DNA of 57,973 nucleotides from an uncultured Erysipelotrichaceae bacterium (GTDB taxonomy: Bacteria > Bacillota_I > Bacilli_A > RFN20 > CAG-826), in the NCBI GenBank assembly GCA_902803375.1, contig CADCPN010000031.1:1-57973 (forward strand), in the 5' to 3' direction. A program made the position numbers and the translations under genes. Of the stretch, positions 31,483-41,749 are shown in pieces; the stretch's first letter is position 1, and every line of letters starts with the position of its first letter. The notes beneath the pieces were generated by a model. It saw nothing but the letters and a program-made list of their open reading frames with translations. It was not told the DNA's origin and searched no databases.

Positions 31483-32025
31483 ATGAAGCTTTTATTCACC
31501 ATCGATAAGAAAGATTACGCAGAAGGGGGGAATGTCTATTCCCGCCCTTCCTCTAGGGCCATCATCAAGATGCAGGGGAAGATCGCGATGTGCTACCTCA
31601 CCGAGCGCGGCTACTATAAATTCCCAGGCGGCGGCATCGAAGAAGGCGAAACGTCGGTGCAGGCCCTTATCCGCGAAGTCAAAGAAGAAGCGGGGCTGGC
31701 TCTTATTCCTTCTTCCATTAAGGAATTTGGCTATGTCCACCGCGTCCAAAAAGGCAGAATTGCTGATATCTTCGTTCAGGATAGTTATTACTATCTAGCT
31801 TCGGCAGAAGAAGGGATCTCGGCCCCAAGCCTTGAGCAGTACGAGGAAGAGCTAGGATTCGTGTTGGAGCTAGTGACGCCAGAAGCCGCGATAAGAGATA
31901 ACCTAGAGGCCGAAGCCAAGCTCAGCGATCCCTTTGAAAAAGAGGAAGCGGAAAGAGAAAGGCGCGTCTTGGAACTATTGAAGGAGGAGCGGAAGATCAA
32001 CCGCTTTCCCAGAAAACGTCAATGA
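31483..32025 (+). CDS. NUDIX hydrolase
   Basis: The Nudix box is GGGIEEGETSVQALIREVKEEAGL. The ATG at 31483 is preferred. Confidence 0.85.
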   Translation: MKLLFTIDKKDYAEGGNVYSRPSSRAIIKMQGKIAMCYLTERGYYKFPGGGIEEGETSVQALIREVKEEAGLALIPSSIKEFGYVHRVQKGRIADIFVQDSYYYLASAEEGISAPSLEQYEEELGFVLELVTPEAAIRDNLEAEAKLSDPFEKEEAERERRVLELLKEERKINRFPRKRQ

Positions 32026-32129
32026 AGGCCAGAATAGGCCATAAAGAAACGAAATATAACGATTTACGTTGCGCGATGTCTTCGGGCGTGGTAACCTTTC
32101 TCTCGCGTAAAGAAAGAAGGTGAACTGTA

Positions 32130-32306
32130 ATGGCCGTTAAAACCGTCGTCCGCGAGGGCGAAACCGTCGATGACGCGCTCCGTCGTTTCAAGAGGGGCGT
32201 TAACAAATCCGGAATCCTTCTCGAAACCCGTAAGCGTGAGTGCTACCTAAAACCTGGACTAAAGCGCAAGATGAAGTCCAAGCTCGCTCGCCGCAAGAAG
32301 TTCTAA
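32130..32306 (+). CDS. rpsU: 30S ribosomal protein S21
   Basis: Not in the ORF track because it is only 58 aa. Translation: [68 protein letters not shown] is present and a terminator follows. Confidence 0.9.
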   Translation: MAVKTVVREGETVDDALRRFKRGVNKSGILLETRKRECYLKPGLKRKMKSKLARRKKF

Positions 32307-32322
32307 TCTTCATTACATATCA

Positions 32323-32347
32323 AACCTCCGTCAGCTGGAGGTTTTTT
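32323..32347 (+). terminator. Rho-independent terminator of rpsU
   Basis: Stem AACCTCC / GGAGGTT, followed by TTTTTT. Confidence 0.65.
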
Positions 32348-32427
32348 CGTTCTATATAAAGGAAATTCCTCTTTTTGAGTACCTTTTGCCAATTCCCTCC
32401 CTAAAAGGATAGTGAGAGGAGTGAAAG

Positions 32428-33636
32428 ATGAAGACGATTTACCAAGCTCAAAAGAAAGGATGCGGCTATGCCGTAATGAAGATGGCGCTTTGCCATGCTT
32501 CGGGAAGAAGCGATTTCGCTTACCTGCAAGAGCCATTAATCGAGGCGGAGGCCCCGTCGCTGCGTGATTTGGCGATCTATGCCAGACGCCATGGCCTGGT
32601 GATGGTCCCTTTTAAGGCAAGCCCAAAGGAAAGCATCCTTGAGAACGATGAATTCCCGTTGGCGGTGATCCTAAACGAAGGGATGACCACCCATATGGTC
32701 TATCTATATAAGAAGAAGAGGCGCCATTTCTATATCCTTGACCCCGCAAGAGGAAAGAGGGTTCTAAAGGAAAAGGAGTTCCTAAACCTATTTGAGGGGA
32801 CCGTGATGATCGAAGAAGGCTATATCGATAACTCTCCTAGGGTCAGCAAACCTTCCGTTTACCCAAAATCGCTCCAATTCCTTAACTGCGTCGTCACCTT
32901 ATTGCCATTTTGCTTCCTAATGGCCGCTCTAGGCGTTTTAAGATTGCCGCAGGGACTTCTCTTAGCCGGAATCCTTTTCGCTTCTAGCATCGCCCTTTTG
33001 CTAGTGGAACGCCTATTTAAGATCGCGAGCATGAAACGCTTCGATACTCTTCATCTTGACGGTGTATTAGCCATGAAAAGCAACGAAAGGAAAGAACGCT
33101 ATGCCCATTATTGCCGTTATAAGGGGTTATGCCTTACCACCTTGCCGGCCTTTTTGCTTACGCTAGCAGAAGTAATAGCCGCATCGACATTATTCGCGCT
33201 TAACGATAAATACTTAGGCCTAGAGATTGCGATGCTCATCTTGCTGTACCTCCTTTATTACCTGCTTTACCGCAACAAGGAGATATTGACGATGCAAGAA
33301 GTAGAGTGGAAAGAGAGGGTGTTCTTTGATTCTCCCCTAGATGAGGACCATAGGAAAGCGGCTTTGCATGACCTATCTAGGCTCGGGACTGCTTTTAGCA
33401 AAGAGCTCTTGCTGAAAGAGGCCTCTGGCTACGCGCTTAGCATCGGATTAAGCGCCGCCATGATTCTCATTTGCCCACAGCCTAGCCTAGAGACCTTCCT
33501 TTTCTACGCTCTTTCTAGCTCGCTTGTCCTCAATAGCCTCAACTCCGCCTTCTCTTTGTATGAGGGATTAAAGGAAAAAGAGAAGGAGGAGCCTTACTTC
33601 ATTCTTCACTTCCCTATAAGGGAAGAGATGGAATAG
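32428..33636 (+). CDS. peptidase C39-like domain fused to a six-helix membrane domain, with no ATPase domain
   Basis: 402 aa. QAQKKGCGY (Cys12), THMVY (His89) and ILDP (Asp105) have the spacing of the bacteriocin-processing C39 catalytic triad. About six hydrophobic helices follow. The ORF ends 11 nt before ybeY. Confidence 0.65.
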   Translation: MKTIYQAQKKGCGYAVMKMALCHASGRSDFAYLQEPLIEAEAPSLRDLAIYARRHGLVMVPFKASPKESILENDEFPLAVILNEGMTTHMVYLYKKKRRHFYILDPARGKRVLKEKEFLNLFEGTVMIEEGYIDNSPRVSKPSVYPKSLQFLNCVVTLLPFCFLMAALGVLRLPQGLLLAGILFASSIALLLVERLFKIASMKRFDTLHLDGVLAMKSNERKERYAHYCRYKGLCLTTLPAFLLTLAEVIAASTLFALNDKYLGLEIAMLILLYLLYYLLYRNKEILTMQEVEWKERVFFDSPLDEDHRKAALHDLSRLGTAFSKELLLKEASGYALSIGLSAAMILICPQPSLETFLFYALSSSLVLNSLNSAFSLYEGLKEKEKEEPYFILHFPIREEME

Positions 33637-33647
33637 CCCATTTCCTT

Positions 33648-34136
33648 ATGGTAAAATACCAACCTATGGAATTAGGCTTTGAAAATCGCTTAGACGCCGC
33701 TTATGACGTCCTAGAGGAGAGATACCGCTCCATCATGGAGACCGCCTTTGAACTCCTCAACATCAAAACGAACTACGAGGTCGATGTCTCCCTCGTCGAT
33801 GAGGACACGATTCATCAGATCAACCGTGACTATCGCAACGTTGACCGCGTCACCGACGTCATCAGCTTTGCCTTCAATGACGACAAATCCAAAGAAGGCT
33901 TGATTCTCGGCGACGAGATTCCGCATATGCTCGGCGAGATCTTCGTTTGCGTCCCGCGTGCTCTCGAGCAGGCGAAACAAATCGGCAACACCCCGGAAAG
34001 AGAGCTAAATTTCCTCTTCTGCCATGGTCTGCTCCATCTTCTTGGATACGATCATATGAAGAAAGAAGACGAAGAAATCATGTTCCCGCTTCAGGATAAA
34101 ATCCTCGATGCGGTCAAAGAAAAGGAGTCGAAATAA
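33648..34136 (+). CDS. ybeY: rRNA maturation endoribonuclease YbeY
   Basis: Zinc motif HGLLHLLGYDH. Confidence 0.92.
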   Translation: MVKYQPMELGFENRLDAAYDVLEERYRSIMETAFELLNIKTNYEVDVSLVDEDTIHQINRDYRNVDRVTDVISFAFNDDKSKEGLILGDEIPHMLGEIFVCVPRALEQAKQIGNTPERELNFLFCHGLLHLLGYDHMKKEDEEIMFPLQDKILDAVKEKESK

Positions 34137-34540
34137 TGGAAATCGATGAAAACAAACTACTAGAGGATGCCCTGGAGGCGAGAAAGCTTTCTTACTCCCC
34201 GTATTCTCATTTCGCGGTCGGAGCCGCTTTGCTTTGCCGCGATGGCAGCGTCTATCCTGGCGCCAACATCGAAAACTCCAGCTACCCGCTCTCCCTTTGC
34301 GCTGAGCGCAATGCTATCTTCAATGCCATGATGGATGGCAGAAAGAAGGAAGAGTTCGTTGCTCTTGCCCTCATCGCCGACACCGAAGCCCCCTGCTCCC
34401 CCTGCGGCTCTTGCCGTCAGGTCATGAGCGAGCTTCTCCCCTCTGATACCCCCATCATCATGTCTAACCTCAAAGGAGACAAGAAAGTCACCACCCCTGC
34501 GGAATTACTTCCATTCGCATTCTCAGGAGAAGATCTATGA
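34136..34540 (+). CDS. cdd: cytidine deaminase
   Basis: CAERNA plus CSPCGSCRQ are the zinc ligands. 134 aa. Confidence 0.92.
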   Translation: MEIDENKLLEDALEARKLSYSPYSHFAVGAALLCRDGSVYPGANIENSSYPLSLCAERNAIFNAMMDGRKKEEFVALALIADTEAPCSPCGSCRQVMSELLPSDTPIIMSNLKGDKKVTTPAELLPFAFSGEDL

Positions 34541-35415
34541 AAGTAGGATTCATCGCAATTCTTGGCCGTCCTAATGTCGGCAAAAGCACCTTATTAAACG
34601 CCCTTCTATCCAAGAAGGTTTCTATCGTCACCCCGCGTGCTCAGACTACCCGCGATGCCATCATGGGCATCCTCAATGAATTCGACCACCAGTACGTTTT
34701 CGTCGACACTCCGGGTATCTTCGATGGCAGCGCAGGGCTTGATAGAGAGATGAGAAAGTCCGCTTTCACGAGCTCTCGCGACGTCAATGCCATCCTTTAT
34801 ATGATCGATGCCTCGGTCAAGAGCCTAGACACCGATTTCGAGGTCTATGACTCTATCCGCAGCGATGCCCCGCGCATCATCGTCCTTAATAAGATCGACT
34901 TAATCCGCCCGCAACGCGGCATGGAGCTTAAGGCAGAGATCAAAGAGAAGTACCCAGAAGTCACCATCCTAGAAGCCTCTATCAAAGAGAACTTCGGCAT
35001 CAAGGAAATTAAAGATGCCATCGAATGTTATCTAGAAGAAGGACAGCCGTTCTTCCCGCAGGGCGTCCTCACCGATAAGGATATGGCTTACCAGGCCAAG
35101 GAAGTGATCCGCGAGAAGCTCCTTCATTTCCTTCATCAGGAAGTCCCACACCAGTCCGCCGTCAAAATCGATCGCTGCGAAGAGACCGCAAAGGGCGTCG
35201 TCATCGAAGCTACCATCATCCTCGAGAAGCCCAATCACAAAGGCATCGTCATCGGCAAAGGCGGAGAGATGATCAAGAAGATCGGATTCGCTACTCGCAC
35301 CGAACTCGGCCGTATGTGGAAGAAGCCCATCGCCTCCCTCCATATCGAGGTTGAGGTCGATCCCGGCTGGAGAAACGATCCGCGCAAGCTTGCCGAACTC
35401 GGTTATGGCGAATAG
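34537..35415 (+). CDS. era: GTPase Era
   Basis: GRPNVGKST, DTPG, NKID and a C-terminal KH domain (VIGKGGEMIKKIG). Confidence 0.95.
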   Translation: MKVGFIAILGRPNVGKSTLLNALLSKKVSIVTPRAQTTRDAIMGILNEFDHQYVFVDTPGIFDGSAGLDREMRKSAFTSSRDVNAILYMIDASVKSLDTDFEVYDSIRSDAPRIIVLNKIDLIRPQRGMELKAEIKEKYPEVTILEASIKENFGIKEIKDAIECYLEEGQPFFPQGVLTDKDMAYQAKEVIREKLLHFLHQEVPHQSAVKIDRCEETAKGVVIEATIILEKPNHKGIVIGKGGEMIKKIGFATRTELGRMWKKPIASLHIEVEVDPGWRNDPRKLAELGYGE

Positions 35416-36148
35416 CGCTACCATCAAACGCAGTGGCATCGTCCTGCGCGTCACCCCGCTAAAAGAAGCCGATGCGATGGTCAATGCCATCGATGAATCC
35501 GGCGTTTTCAGCTTCTATGCCCATGGCATTAAAAAGCTTGCCAGCAAGAATGCCTCTAGCGTCAGCGAGCTATGCCTAAGCGACTTCGTCCTCAATGAAT
35601 CGAGCTCTGGCTCCTTAACCTTAAAAGAAGGCAATGGCCAGCAGATCCTTGTCAAAGACGGAGACTTATTGGCCATCTCGACCGCCGGCTTCCTCTCTGA
35701 GCTCACGAAGAACCTTTTCTTTGAGGGCTTTGATGACTTCAACCCGGAGATCTATGCCTGGTTCAAGGCGAGCCTGCTTGCGTTAAAAGCAGGAGCGGAT
35801 CCGCTTACCGTTGGGCTCATTTATTTCGCTCATGCCTTATCTTTTGCTGGCTATGGCCTTGATGTGAACCAATGCGTCAACTGCGGGGCTAAGAAGAACA
35901 TCGTCGCCATCTCCTATGCCGACGGCGGCTATATCTGCAATGACTGCTTTGATGCAGAAGAAGACACCAAGACCCCGCTTTTGCAATTGAAGATCCTCCG
36001 CTATGTCTTCTGCTGCGGCAAAGAAGATATCTCCCGCATCGCCTTTGAAGACAAAGACCTTTATCCGATATATGACGGCCTTGAGCAGTATTTGCTCGAA
36101 GCCACCGGCTTGAAGCTCAAGACCCTTGAGTTCCTCAAGAAAATCTAA
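35405..36148 (+). CDS. recO: DNA repair protein RecO
   Basis: N-terminal OB fold (GIVLRVTPLKEADAMV) and a CxxC..CxxC zinc motif (CVNCG...CNDC). The ATG at 35405 overlaps the end of era. Confidence 0.85.
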   Translation: MANSATIKRSGIVLRVTPLKEADAMVNAIDESGVFSFYAHGIKKLASKNASSVSELCLSDFVLNESSSGSLTLKEGNGQQILVKDGDLLAISTAGFLSELTKNLFFEGFDDFNPEIYAWFKASLLALKAGADPLTVGLIYFAHALSFAGYGLDVNQCVNCGAKKNIVAISYADGGYICNDCFDAEEDTKTPLLQLKILRYVFCCGKEDISRIAFEDKDLYPIYDGLEQYLLEATGLKLKTLEFLKKI

Positions 36149-36198
36149 CACTGATTACCGTTTTCGTAGCAAATCAAGCAAAGTACACTTATAGTGGG

Positions 36199-36226
36199 TT
36201 GACCACCTTATACTCAAGAGTATAAT
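36199..36226 (+). promoter_or_regulatory. sigmaA-type promoter of glyQS
   Basis: TTGACC, 16-nt spacer, TATAAT. Confidence 0.5.
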
Positions 36227-36289
36227 TGCACCCGTAACTTTGTTTTTTCTACGCGAAAAGGCAAATAAAACAAGGAGACATATTTCAAA

Positions 36290-37669
36290 ATGTCGTCAAA
36301 ATTCACCTTTGAACAGGTCACGACCCATCTACAGAATACGGGCTACGTGTTCCAGGGCAGCCAGATCTACGGCGGCCTAAGCAATACCTGGGATTACGGT
36401 CCTCTAGGTTCCGAACTTAAGAAGAACATCCGCGAGATGTGGTGGAAGAAATTCGTTCAGGAATCCCCGACCAACGTCGGCATCGATGCCGCCATCCTCA
36501 TGAACCCTCGCGTTTGGGAAGCTACCGGACACGTCTCCACCTTCAACGATCCGATGTGCGACTGCAAGGCCTGCAAAGCCCGTCACCGCGCCGACAATCT
36601 CATCAAGAGCCAGTACCCGGATGTCGATGTCGATGCCATGACCTTCGAGGACATGGACAAATTCATGCGGGAACACCTGATGGTCTGCCCCGTCTGCGGA
36701 AAGAGCGACTTCACCCCGATCCGCAAGTTCAACATGATGTTCAAGACCCATATCGGCGTCACCGAAGATGCGTCTAGCACCGTCTACCTCCGTCCAGAAA
36801 CCGCCCAGGGCGTCTTCGTTAACTTCAAGAACGTCCAGCGCGTCACCCGCAAGAAGCTTCCGTTTGGCATCTGCAATGCCGGCAAGAGTTTCCGCAACGA
36901 AATCACTCCGGGCAACTTCACTTTCCGCACCCGTGAGTTTGACCAGCTTGAGATGGAATTCTTCTGCAAGCCTGGCACTGACCTAGAATGGTTCGCTTAT
37001 TGGAAAGAGTACTGCCGCAAATTTCTCGATTCCCTCGGAGTTAAGGATGAAAACCTCCGCTTTAGAGACCACGAGCCCGCTGAGCTAGCTTTCTATTCCA
37101 AAGGCACCACCGACGTCGAGTATAACTTCCCGACCATCGGCTGGGGCGAAATCCTCGGCGTTGCCGACAGAACCGACTATGACCTCAAGCGCCATGCCGA
37201 GTTCTCCAAAGAAGATCTCACCTATTTCGACGCTGAATCCAACGAGAGATACCTCCCGTACTGCATCGAGCCGTCTATGGGTCTTGATCGCCTTGTCCTC
37301 ATGGTCGCCATGGATGCCTACGATGAAGAAGAACTAGAGGGCGGCGATAAGCGCACCGTCATGCATCTTCTCCCGGCTCTTGCCCCGTATAAGGTCGCTG
37401 TCTTGCCGCTAAGCAAGAAGCTCTCTGGCAAAGCGCTAGAAGTTCTCAACATCCTCAACACTCATTTCTCCGTTACCTTCGACGAGACTGGCTCCATCGG
37501 CAAGAGATATCGCCGTCAGGATGAGATTGGTACCCCCTATTGCGTCACCGTTGACTTCGATACCGAAAACGATGCCTCCGTCACCATCCGTGAGCGTGAT
37601 TCCATGACCCAGGTCCGCATGCCCATCAAGGACCTCGTTGGATACTTCAGCGTCAAATGCTTCTATTAA
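36290..37669 (+). CDS. glyQS: glycine--tRNA ligase (single-chain, alpha2 type)
   Basis: 459 aa. [12 protein letters not shown]...WDYGPLG and the class II motifs (FRNEISP-like [17 protein letters not shown]) are present. Confidence 0.95.
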   Translation: MSSKFTFEQVTTHLQNTGYVFQGSQIYGGLSNTWDYGPLGSELKKNIREMWWKKFVQESPTNVGIDAAILMNPRVWEATGHVSTFNDPMCDCKACKARHRADNLIKSQYPDVDVDAMTFEDMDKFMREHLMVCPVCGKSDFTPIRKFNMMFKTHIGVTEDASSTVYLRPETAQGVFVNFKNVQRVTRKKLPFGICNAGKSFRNEITPGNFTFRTREFDQLEMEFFCKPGTDLEWFAYWKEYCRKFLDSLGVKDENLRFRDHEPAELAFYSKGTTDVEYNFPTIGWGEILGVADRTDYDLKRHAEFSKEDLTYFDAESNERYLPYCIEPSMGLDRLVLMVAMDAYDEEELEGGDKRTVMHLLPALAPYKVAVLPLSKKLSGKALEVLNILNTHFSVTFDETGSIGKRYRRQDEIGTPYCVTVDFDTENDASVTIRERDSMTQVRMPIKDLVGYFSVKCFY

Positions 37670-37735
37670 TTAAAGTAGAAGTTAAGTATTAAATTAGTAG
37701 TTATTTATATACTAGGTATATAAGAGAGGAGGAAA

Positions 37736-39562
37736 ATGTACAGCATAGATTTAATCGACGCCGTGTTGGCTTCTGCTGATATCGTAACAGTCATTTCCTC
37801 CTATATCGATGTTCAGAAGCATGGGCGCAGCTTCTTGTCTATATGCCCGTTCCACGATGATAAAAACCCATCGATGAACATCTCCAAGGAGAAGCAAATC
37901 TTCAAATGCTTCGCCTGCGGGACCGGCGGCAACGCGATCACCTTCGTGCAGAAGTATGAGAAATGCTCCTTCATGGAGGCAGTTCGCAAAGTCGCCGAGA
38001 TCTCCGGATTCAAGGACCCTCGCCTTCAGGCCGAGGCCCCAAAGATCCACGTCGATGAGAACATCGCTAGGCTCTATGCCTGCATCAACGATCTCCATAC
38101 CTTCTATAAATACGCGCTATCTACGCCAGAAGGCGAGAAGGCGCGGCAATACTGTGCCTCAAGAGGACTAGACGAAGCCACCATCAAAAAGTATGGCATT
38201 GGCTACGCCCCCGCCGATGGCGCATTGACCGTCCAATACCTAACCGCCAAAGGCCATTCGCTGAAATCCATCGAGGATATCGGCATTGCCTTAGCCAAAG
38301 CGGAAGGCATGAAGGATTCTAACGCCGGAAGACTTATCTTCCCCCTATGCAACCCCAACGGCCAAGTCGTGGGCTTCTCCGCAAGAAGACTCGATGGCAT
38401 CCATGAAAATAAGTACATGAACTCGCCTGAGACCCCTATCTTCCATAAGGGGAATGTGCTCTATAACTTCCATAACGCCATCCAAACGGCCCATCATGAC
38501 GGGTATTGCTATGTCCTAGAAGGATTCATGGACGTCATCGCCCTCAATAAAGCCGGCATCAACAGCGCCGTTGCCTTGATGGGCACCGCATTGACTTCTG
38601 ACCAGATCGCATTGCTAAAGAGGATGCGCGCGGAAATCCGCGTGTGCCTTGATGGCGATAACGCCGGACAGATGGGCATGATGAGGATGATTGGCGGCCT
38701 TAGCCAAGCCAAAGTCGAGGCCAGAGTCGTTGACTATGGAACCGACCTCCGCGATCCTGACGACATTCTCCAGGAGGATGGAAAAGAGGCGTTGCTCTCG
38801 AAAATGAGCACGCTCATCGATCCCCTCGACTTCCAGCTTAACTATTACCTAAACGTCAAACACCTCGACTCCCGCCAAGATAGGGAGAAGGTGCTCAACG
38901 TCTTCCTCCCCTATGTCCGCGCCCAAAAGCCAGGCATCCAGCAGGAAGATTACTTGGTGAAGCTCTCCAAAGCCACCCATTTCGACGTTGAGGCCATCCG
39001 CGAGCAGATGAATCGCGTCGCCCCGGGCGAAGAGACCGAGGATGAGGCGATTTACCGCGAAGCGAGCCTCATCCCCATCAATCCCCATCCCGAACGCGCC
39101 CTTGTGGTCAAATTGGCCCAGGCCGAGCGCACGTTCCTCTATTACATGCTTAGCGAGCCTTCCGCCGTGAACTACTTCAAGTCGCGGCTAGGAGACTTCT
39201 ATACCCCCATCTACGAGGACATCGCGATGTACATCCTCGACTATAACGGAAAGCATCCGGAAGAGCCGATCGAAGTAAACCGCATCCTCTCCGCCATTCA
39301 GGCATCGGAAGTCGAAAACTCCGAGGCCCTGCAGGAAATGGTCAGCCGCCTATCCTTAGAGAGGAACCATGAGAACTTCTCAGAAGCCATCCTCGACAAA
39401 TGCGTCGAGGTCATCAATTCCGAGAAGCTCTCGATGAGAGAACGCGACGTGGTCCAGAAGGCCATCGCGGAGACCCCTGACCCTCGCGCGCAAGCGAAAG
39501 CCATTGCCGACTTCGCCGCCAAAAAGCGCGCCCTCTGGAACAAAACCGGCAAAAAGAACTAA
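37736..39562 (+). CDS. dnaG: DNA primase
   Basis: Zinc-finger CPFHDDKNPSM...FKCFACG and TOPRIM motifs (VLEGFMDV, DGDNAG). Confidence 0.93.
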   Translation: MYSIDLIDAVLASADIVTVISSYIDVQKHGRSFLSICPFHDDKNPSMNISKEKQIFKCFACGTGGNAITFVQKYEKCSFMEAVRKVAEISGFKDPRLQAEAPKIHVDENIARLYACINDLHTFYKYALSTPEGEKARQYCASRGLDEATIKKYGIGYAPADGALTVQYLTAKGHSLKSIEDIGIALAKAEGMKDSNAGRLIFPLCNPNGQVVGFSARRLDGIHENKYMNSPETPIFHKGNVLYNFHNAIQTAHHDGYCYVLEGFMDVIALNKAGINSAVALMGTALTSDQIALLKRMRAEIRVCLDGDNAGQMGMMRMIGGLSQAKVEARVVDYGTDLRDPDDILQEDGKEALLSKMSTLIDPLDFQLNYYLNVKHLDSRQDREKVLNVFLPYVRAQKPGIQQEDYLVKLSKATHFDVEAIREQMNRVAPGEETEDEAIYREASLIPINPHPERALVVKLAQAERTFLYYMLSEPSAVNYFKSRLGDFYTPIYEDIAMYILDYNGKHPEEPIEVNRILSAIQASEVENSEALQEMVSRLSLERNHENFSEAILDKCVEVINSEKLSMRERDVVQKAIAETPDPRAQAKAIADFAAKKRALWNKTGKKN

Positions 39563-39614
39563 GGCTTGAGACACCTTAGCCGCCTCATAGATCACTAGGA
39601 AAGGAGCATTACCA

Positions 39615-40970
39615 ATGCCAGCAACCAAAAAGAAAGCCAAAGTCGCCAAAGAAGAACTCGACGAAGAAATCGAGGAAGGCGAAGCCGCCGAAGATCCTGT
39701 CGTCATCGAGGATGAAGATGACGGCATCGCTTCCCTTGATAAGATCAAGAAACAGTTCCTTAAACAGGGAAAGGCCTCTGGCTACATCAATGCCGGCGAC
39801 GTCCTTGACGCCACCAGCCACCTCGACATCAGCGATGATGAATTCGAAGGCCTAATCGATTATTTCAAGAAGAACAACATCAAGGTCGAATCCGACGATG
39901 ATTCCCCCGAGGAAGAGCCGGAACCCGAAGGACCCGTCTCCGAAGAGGACATGGAGAAGGAGATGGAAGAGGACGAAGTCGACGCTGACGAAGACGACGA
40001 GAACCTCTCCGACGACGAGAAGGAAGTCGCCGCCATCACCGACCTCTCCAAGATGAGCATCGGCGAAGTCAAGGTCAACGACTCCGTCAAGATGTACCTC
40101 AAGGAAATCGGCAAAGTCGACCTTCTTAACGCCGCCCAAGAGACTGAGCTCGCCAAGAAAATCGTCGCCGGCAATGCCCCTGGCGCCACTCTCGAGCAGC
40201 AGGAAGAAGGACAGCGCGCCAAGGATCAGTTAATCAATGCCAACCTTCGTCTCGTCATCTCCATCGCCAAGCACTACGTCGGACGCGGCATGCACTTCCT
40301 CGACCTCATCCAGGAAGGCAACATGGGCCTGATTAAGGCCGTAGAAAAGTTCGACTACACCAAAGGTTTCAAATTCTCCACCTATGCAACCTGGTGGATC
40401 CGTCAGGCCATCACCCGCGCCATCGCTGACCAAGCCAGAACCATCCGTATCCCGGTTCACATGGTCGAGACCATCAACAAGATGACCCGCGTCCAGCGCC
40501 AGCTCGTTCAGGAGCTAGGCCGCGACCCGACCGCCGAGGAAATCTCCGAGAAGATGGATGGCGCCTTGTCCCCTGACCGCATCAGAGAGATCCAGCGCAT
40601 CGCGATGGAGCCGGTCTCCCTTGAGACCCCGATTGGCGAGGAAGATGATTCCCACCTCGGCGACTTCATCGAGGACAAAGATGCCCAATCTCCAGAGGAG
40701 TACACCACCAAGTCCCTCCTCAAGGATGAGCTCTACACCATCATGCAGGACCTCACCCCGAGAGAGCGCCGCGTCCTTGAGCTCCGCTATGGCCTCATCG
40801 ACAACCGCCCGAGAACCCTCGAGGAAGTCGGACGCGAATTCGGCGTCACCCGTGAGCGCATCCGTCAGATCGAAGCCAAGGCTATCCGCAAGCTTCGCCA
40901 TCCTACCCGCGCCAAGAAGCTAGGCGACTACCGCGATTCCATCTATACCGCCGAAAACGCCAAGCGCTAA
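39615..40970 (+). CDS. rpoD: primary RNA polymerase sigma factor (sigma70/SigA) with an extended acidic N-terminus
   Basis: Region 2 ([32 protein letters not shown]) and region 4 ([30 protein letters not shown]-like) are present. 451 aa. Confidence 0.96.
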   Translation: MPATKKKAKVAKEELDEEIEEGEAAEDPVVIEDEDDGIASLDKIKKQFLKQGKASGYINAGDVLDATSHLDISDDEFEGLIDYFKKNNIKVESDDDSPEEEPEPEGPVSEEDMEKEMEEDEVDADEDDENLSDDEKEVAAITDLSKMSIGEVKVNDSVKMYLKEIGKVDLLNAAQETELAKKIVAGNAPGATLEQQEEGQRAKDQLINANLRLVISIAKHYVGRGMHFLDLIQEGNMGLIKAVEKFDYTKGFKFSTYATWWIRQAITRAIADQARTIRIPVHMVETINKMTRVQRQLVQELGRDPTAEEISEKMDGALSPDRIREIQRIAMEPVSLETPIGEEDDSHLGDFIEDKDAQSPEEYTTKSLLKDELYTIMQDLTPRERRVLELRYGLIDNRPRTLEEVGREFGVTRERIRQIEAKAIRKLRHPTRAKKLGDYRDSIYTAENAKR

Positions 40971-40997
40971 GCGGCGTTGACCAACAAGCAAATAAGC

Positions 40998-41028
40998 AGA
41001 AGGAGGGCCTAGTATTTGGCCCTCTTCT
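40998..41028 (+). terminator. hairpin terminator after rpoD
   Basis: Stem AGAAGGAGGGCC / GGCCCTCTTCT with one bulge. The U-tract is weak. Confidence 0.45.
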
Positions 41029-41049
41029 ATTTCAGGAAGGAGAAAGATC

Positions 41050-41727
41050 ATGAAGAAATTGTCCGCAAGGCTCTCTGCCGTCGCAAGCCTGGTGAAAGCA
41101 GGCTCCTATCTTGCCGATGTTGGCAGCGACCACGCCCAGCTTCCTCTTTACCTCATCTCCTCTGGCAAAATCTCCTATGCGATGGCCATCGATAACAAGA
41201 TGGGCCCCTTCCTGAGGATGAAGCAAAACGTCGAGGCCGCCGGGTTCAAGAACCAGATCTATTGCTCCCTTTCTAGCGGCATCAACGAGATCAGAACCGA
41301 CATCGATACCGTCGTTATCTGCGGACTCGGCGGAATTCTTACCTGCGAACTGCTTGAGCAGCATCCGGATAAGCTAGAGAACGTCGAGCATATCATCGTC
41401 GATCCCCATCGCGATTTACGCGCGGTAAGGGAAAGAGTCACCGCCCTAGGCTATTACATCGAAGACGAAAGAATGGTCTACGAAGACAAGATCTACTATT
41501 CGATCATGCTCTTCTCCAAAGGCGTGCCTCCTAAGCCCTACACCGAGACCGACCTTTGCCTTGGCCCGGTATTAAGGCAAAGAAGAGAACCCGTCTTCCT
41601 TTCTTTCCTAGAAGAGCAAAGGAAGAAGATCTCCGATATCCTCAACAAGAACCTCTCTAAGGAGGCTAGGGAGAACTACCTTGCCGCCTATAGAATGGTC
41701 GCCAATGAATTAAAGAAAGACGCATAA
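41050..41727 (+). CDS. trmK: tRNA (adenine22-N1)-methyltransferase TrmK
   Basis: LADVGSDHAQLPLYL and VICGLGG match B. subtilis YqfN/TrmK. The position downstream of sigA is also conserved. Confidence 0.8.
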   Translation: MKKLSARLSAVASLVKAGSYLADVGSDHAQLPLYLISSGKISYAMAIDNKMGPFLRMKQNVEAAGFKNQIYCSLSSGINEIRTDIDTVVICGLGGILTCELLEQHPDKLENVEHIIVDPHRDLRAVRERVTALGYYIEDERMVYEDKIYYSIMLFSKGVPPKPYTETDLCLGPVLRQRREPVFLSFLEEQRKKISDILNKNLSKEARENYLAAYRMVANELKKDA

Positions 41728-41748
41728 CCCGCTGGCTATGCGTCTTTT
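41718..41748. terminator. bidirectional terminator between trmK and the convergent ABC/TPR operon
   Basis: Stem AGACGCATA / TATGCGTCT (9 bp), with A/T runs on both sides. Confidence 0.6.
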
Positions 41749-41749
41749 G

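Noticed and set aside
36149-36289. An expected T-box leader upstream of glyQS.
   Set aside because: No GGTGGTACCGCG-like T-box sequence and no terminator/antiterminator pair are visible. Only a promoter and a short leader are present.
39615-40200. The highly acidic N-terminal ~190 aa of the sigma factor as a possible separate gene or insertion.
   Set aside because: It is a continuous ORF with a good RBS at 39615. Extended acidic region 1.1 linkers are common in primary sigma factors.
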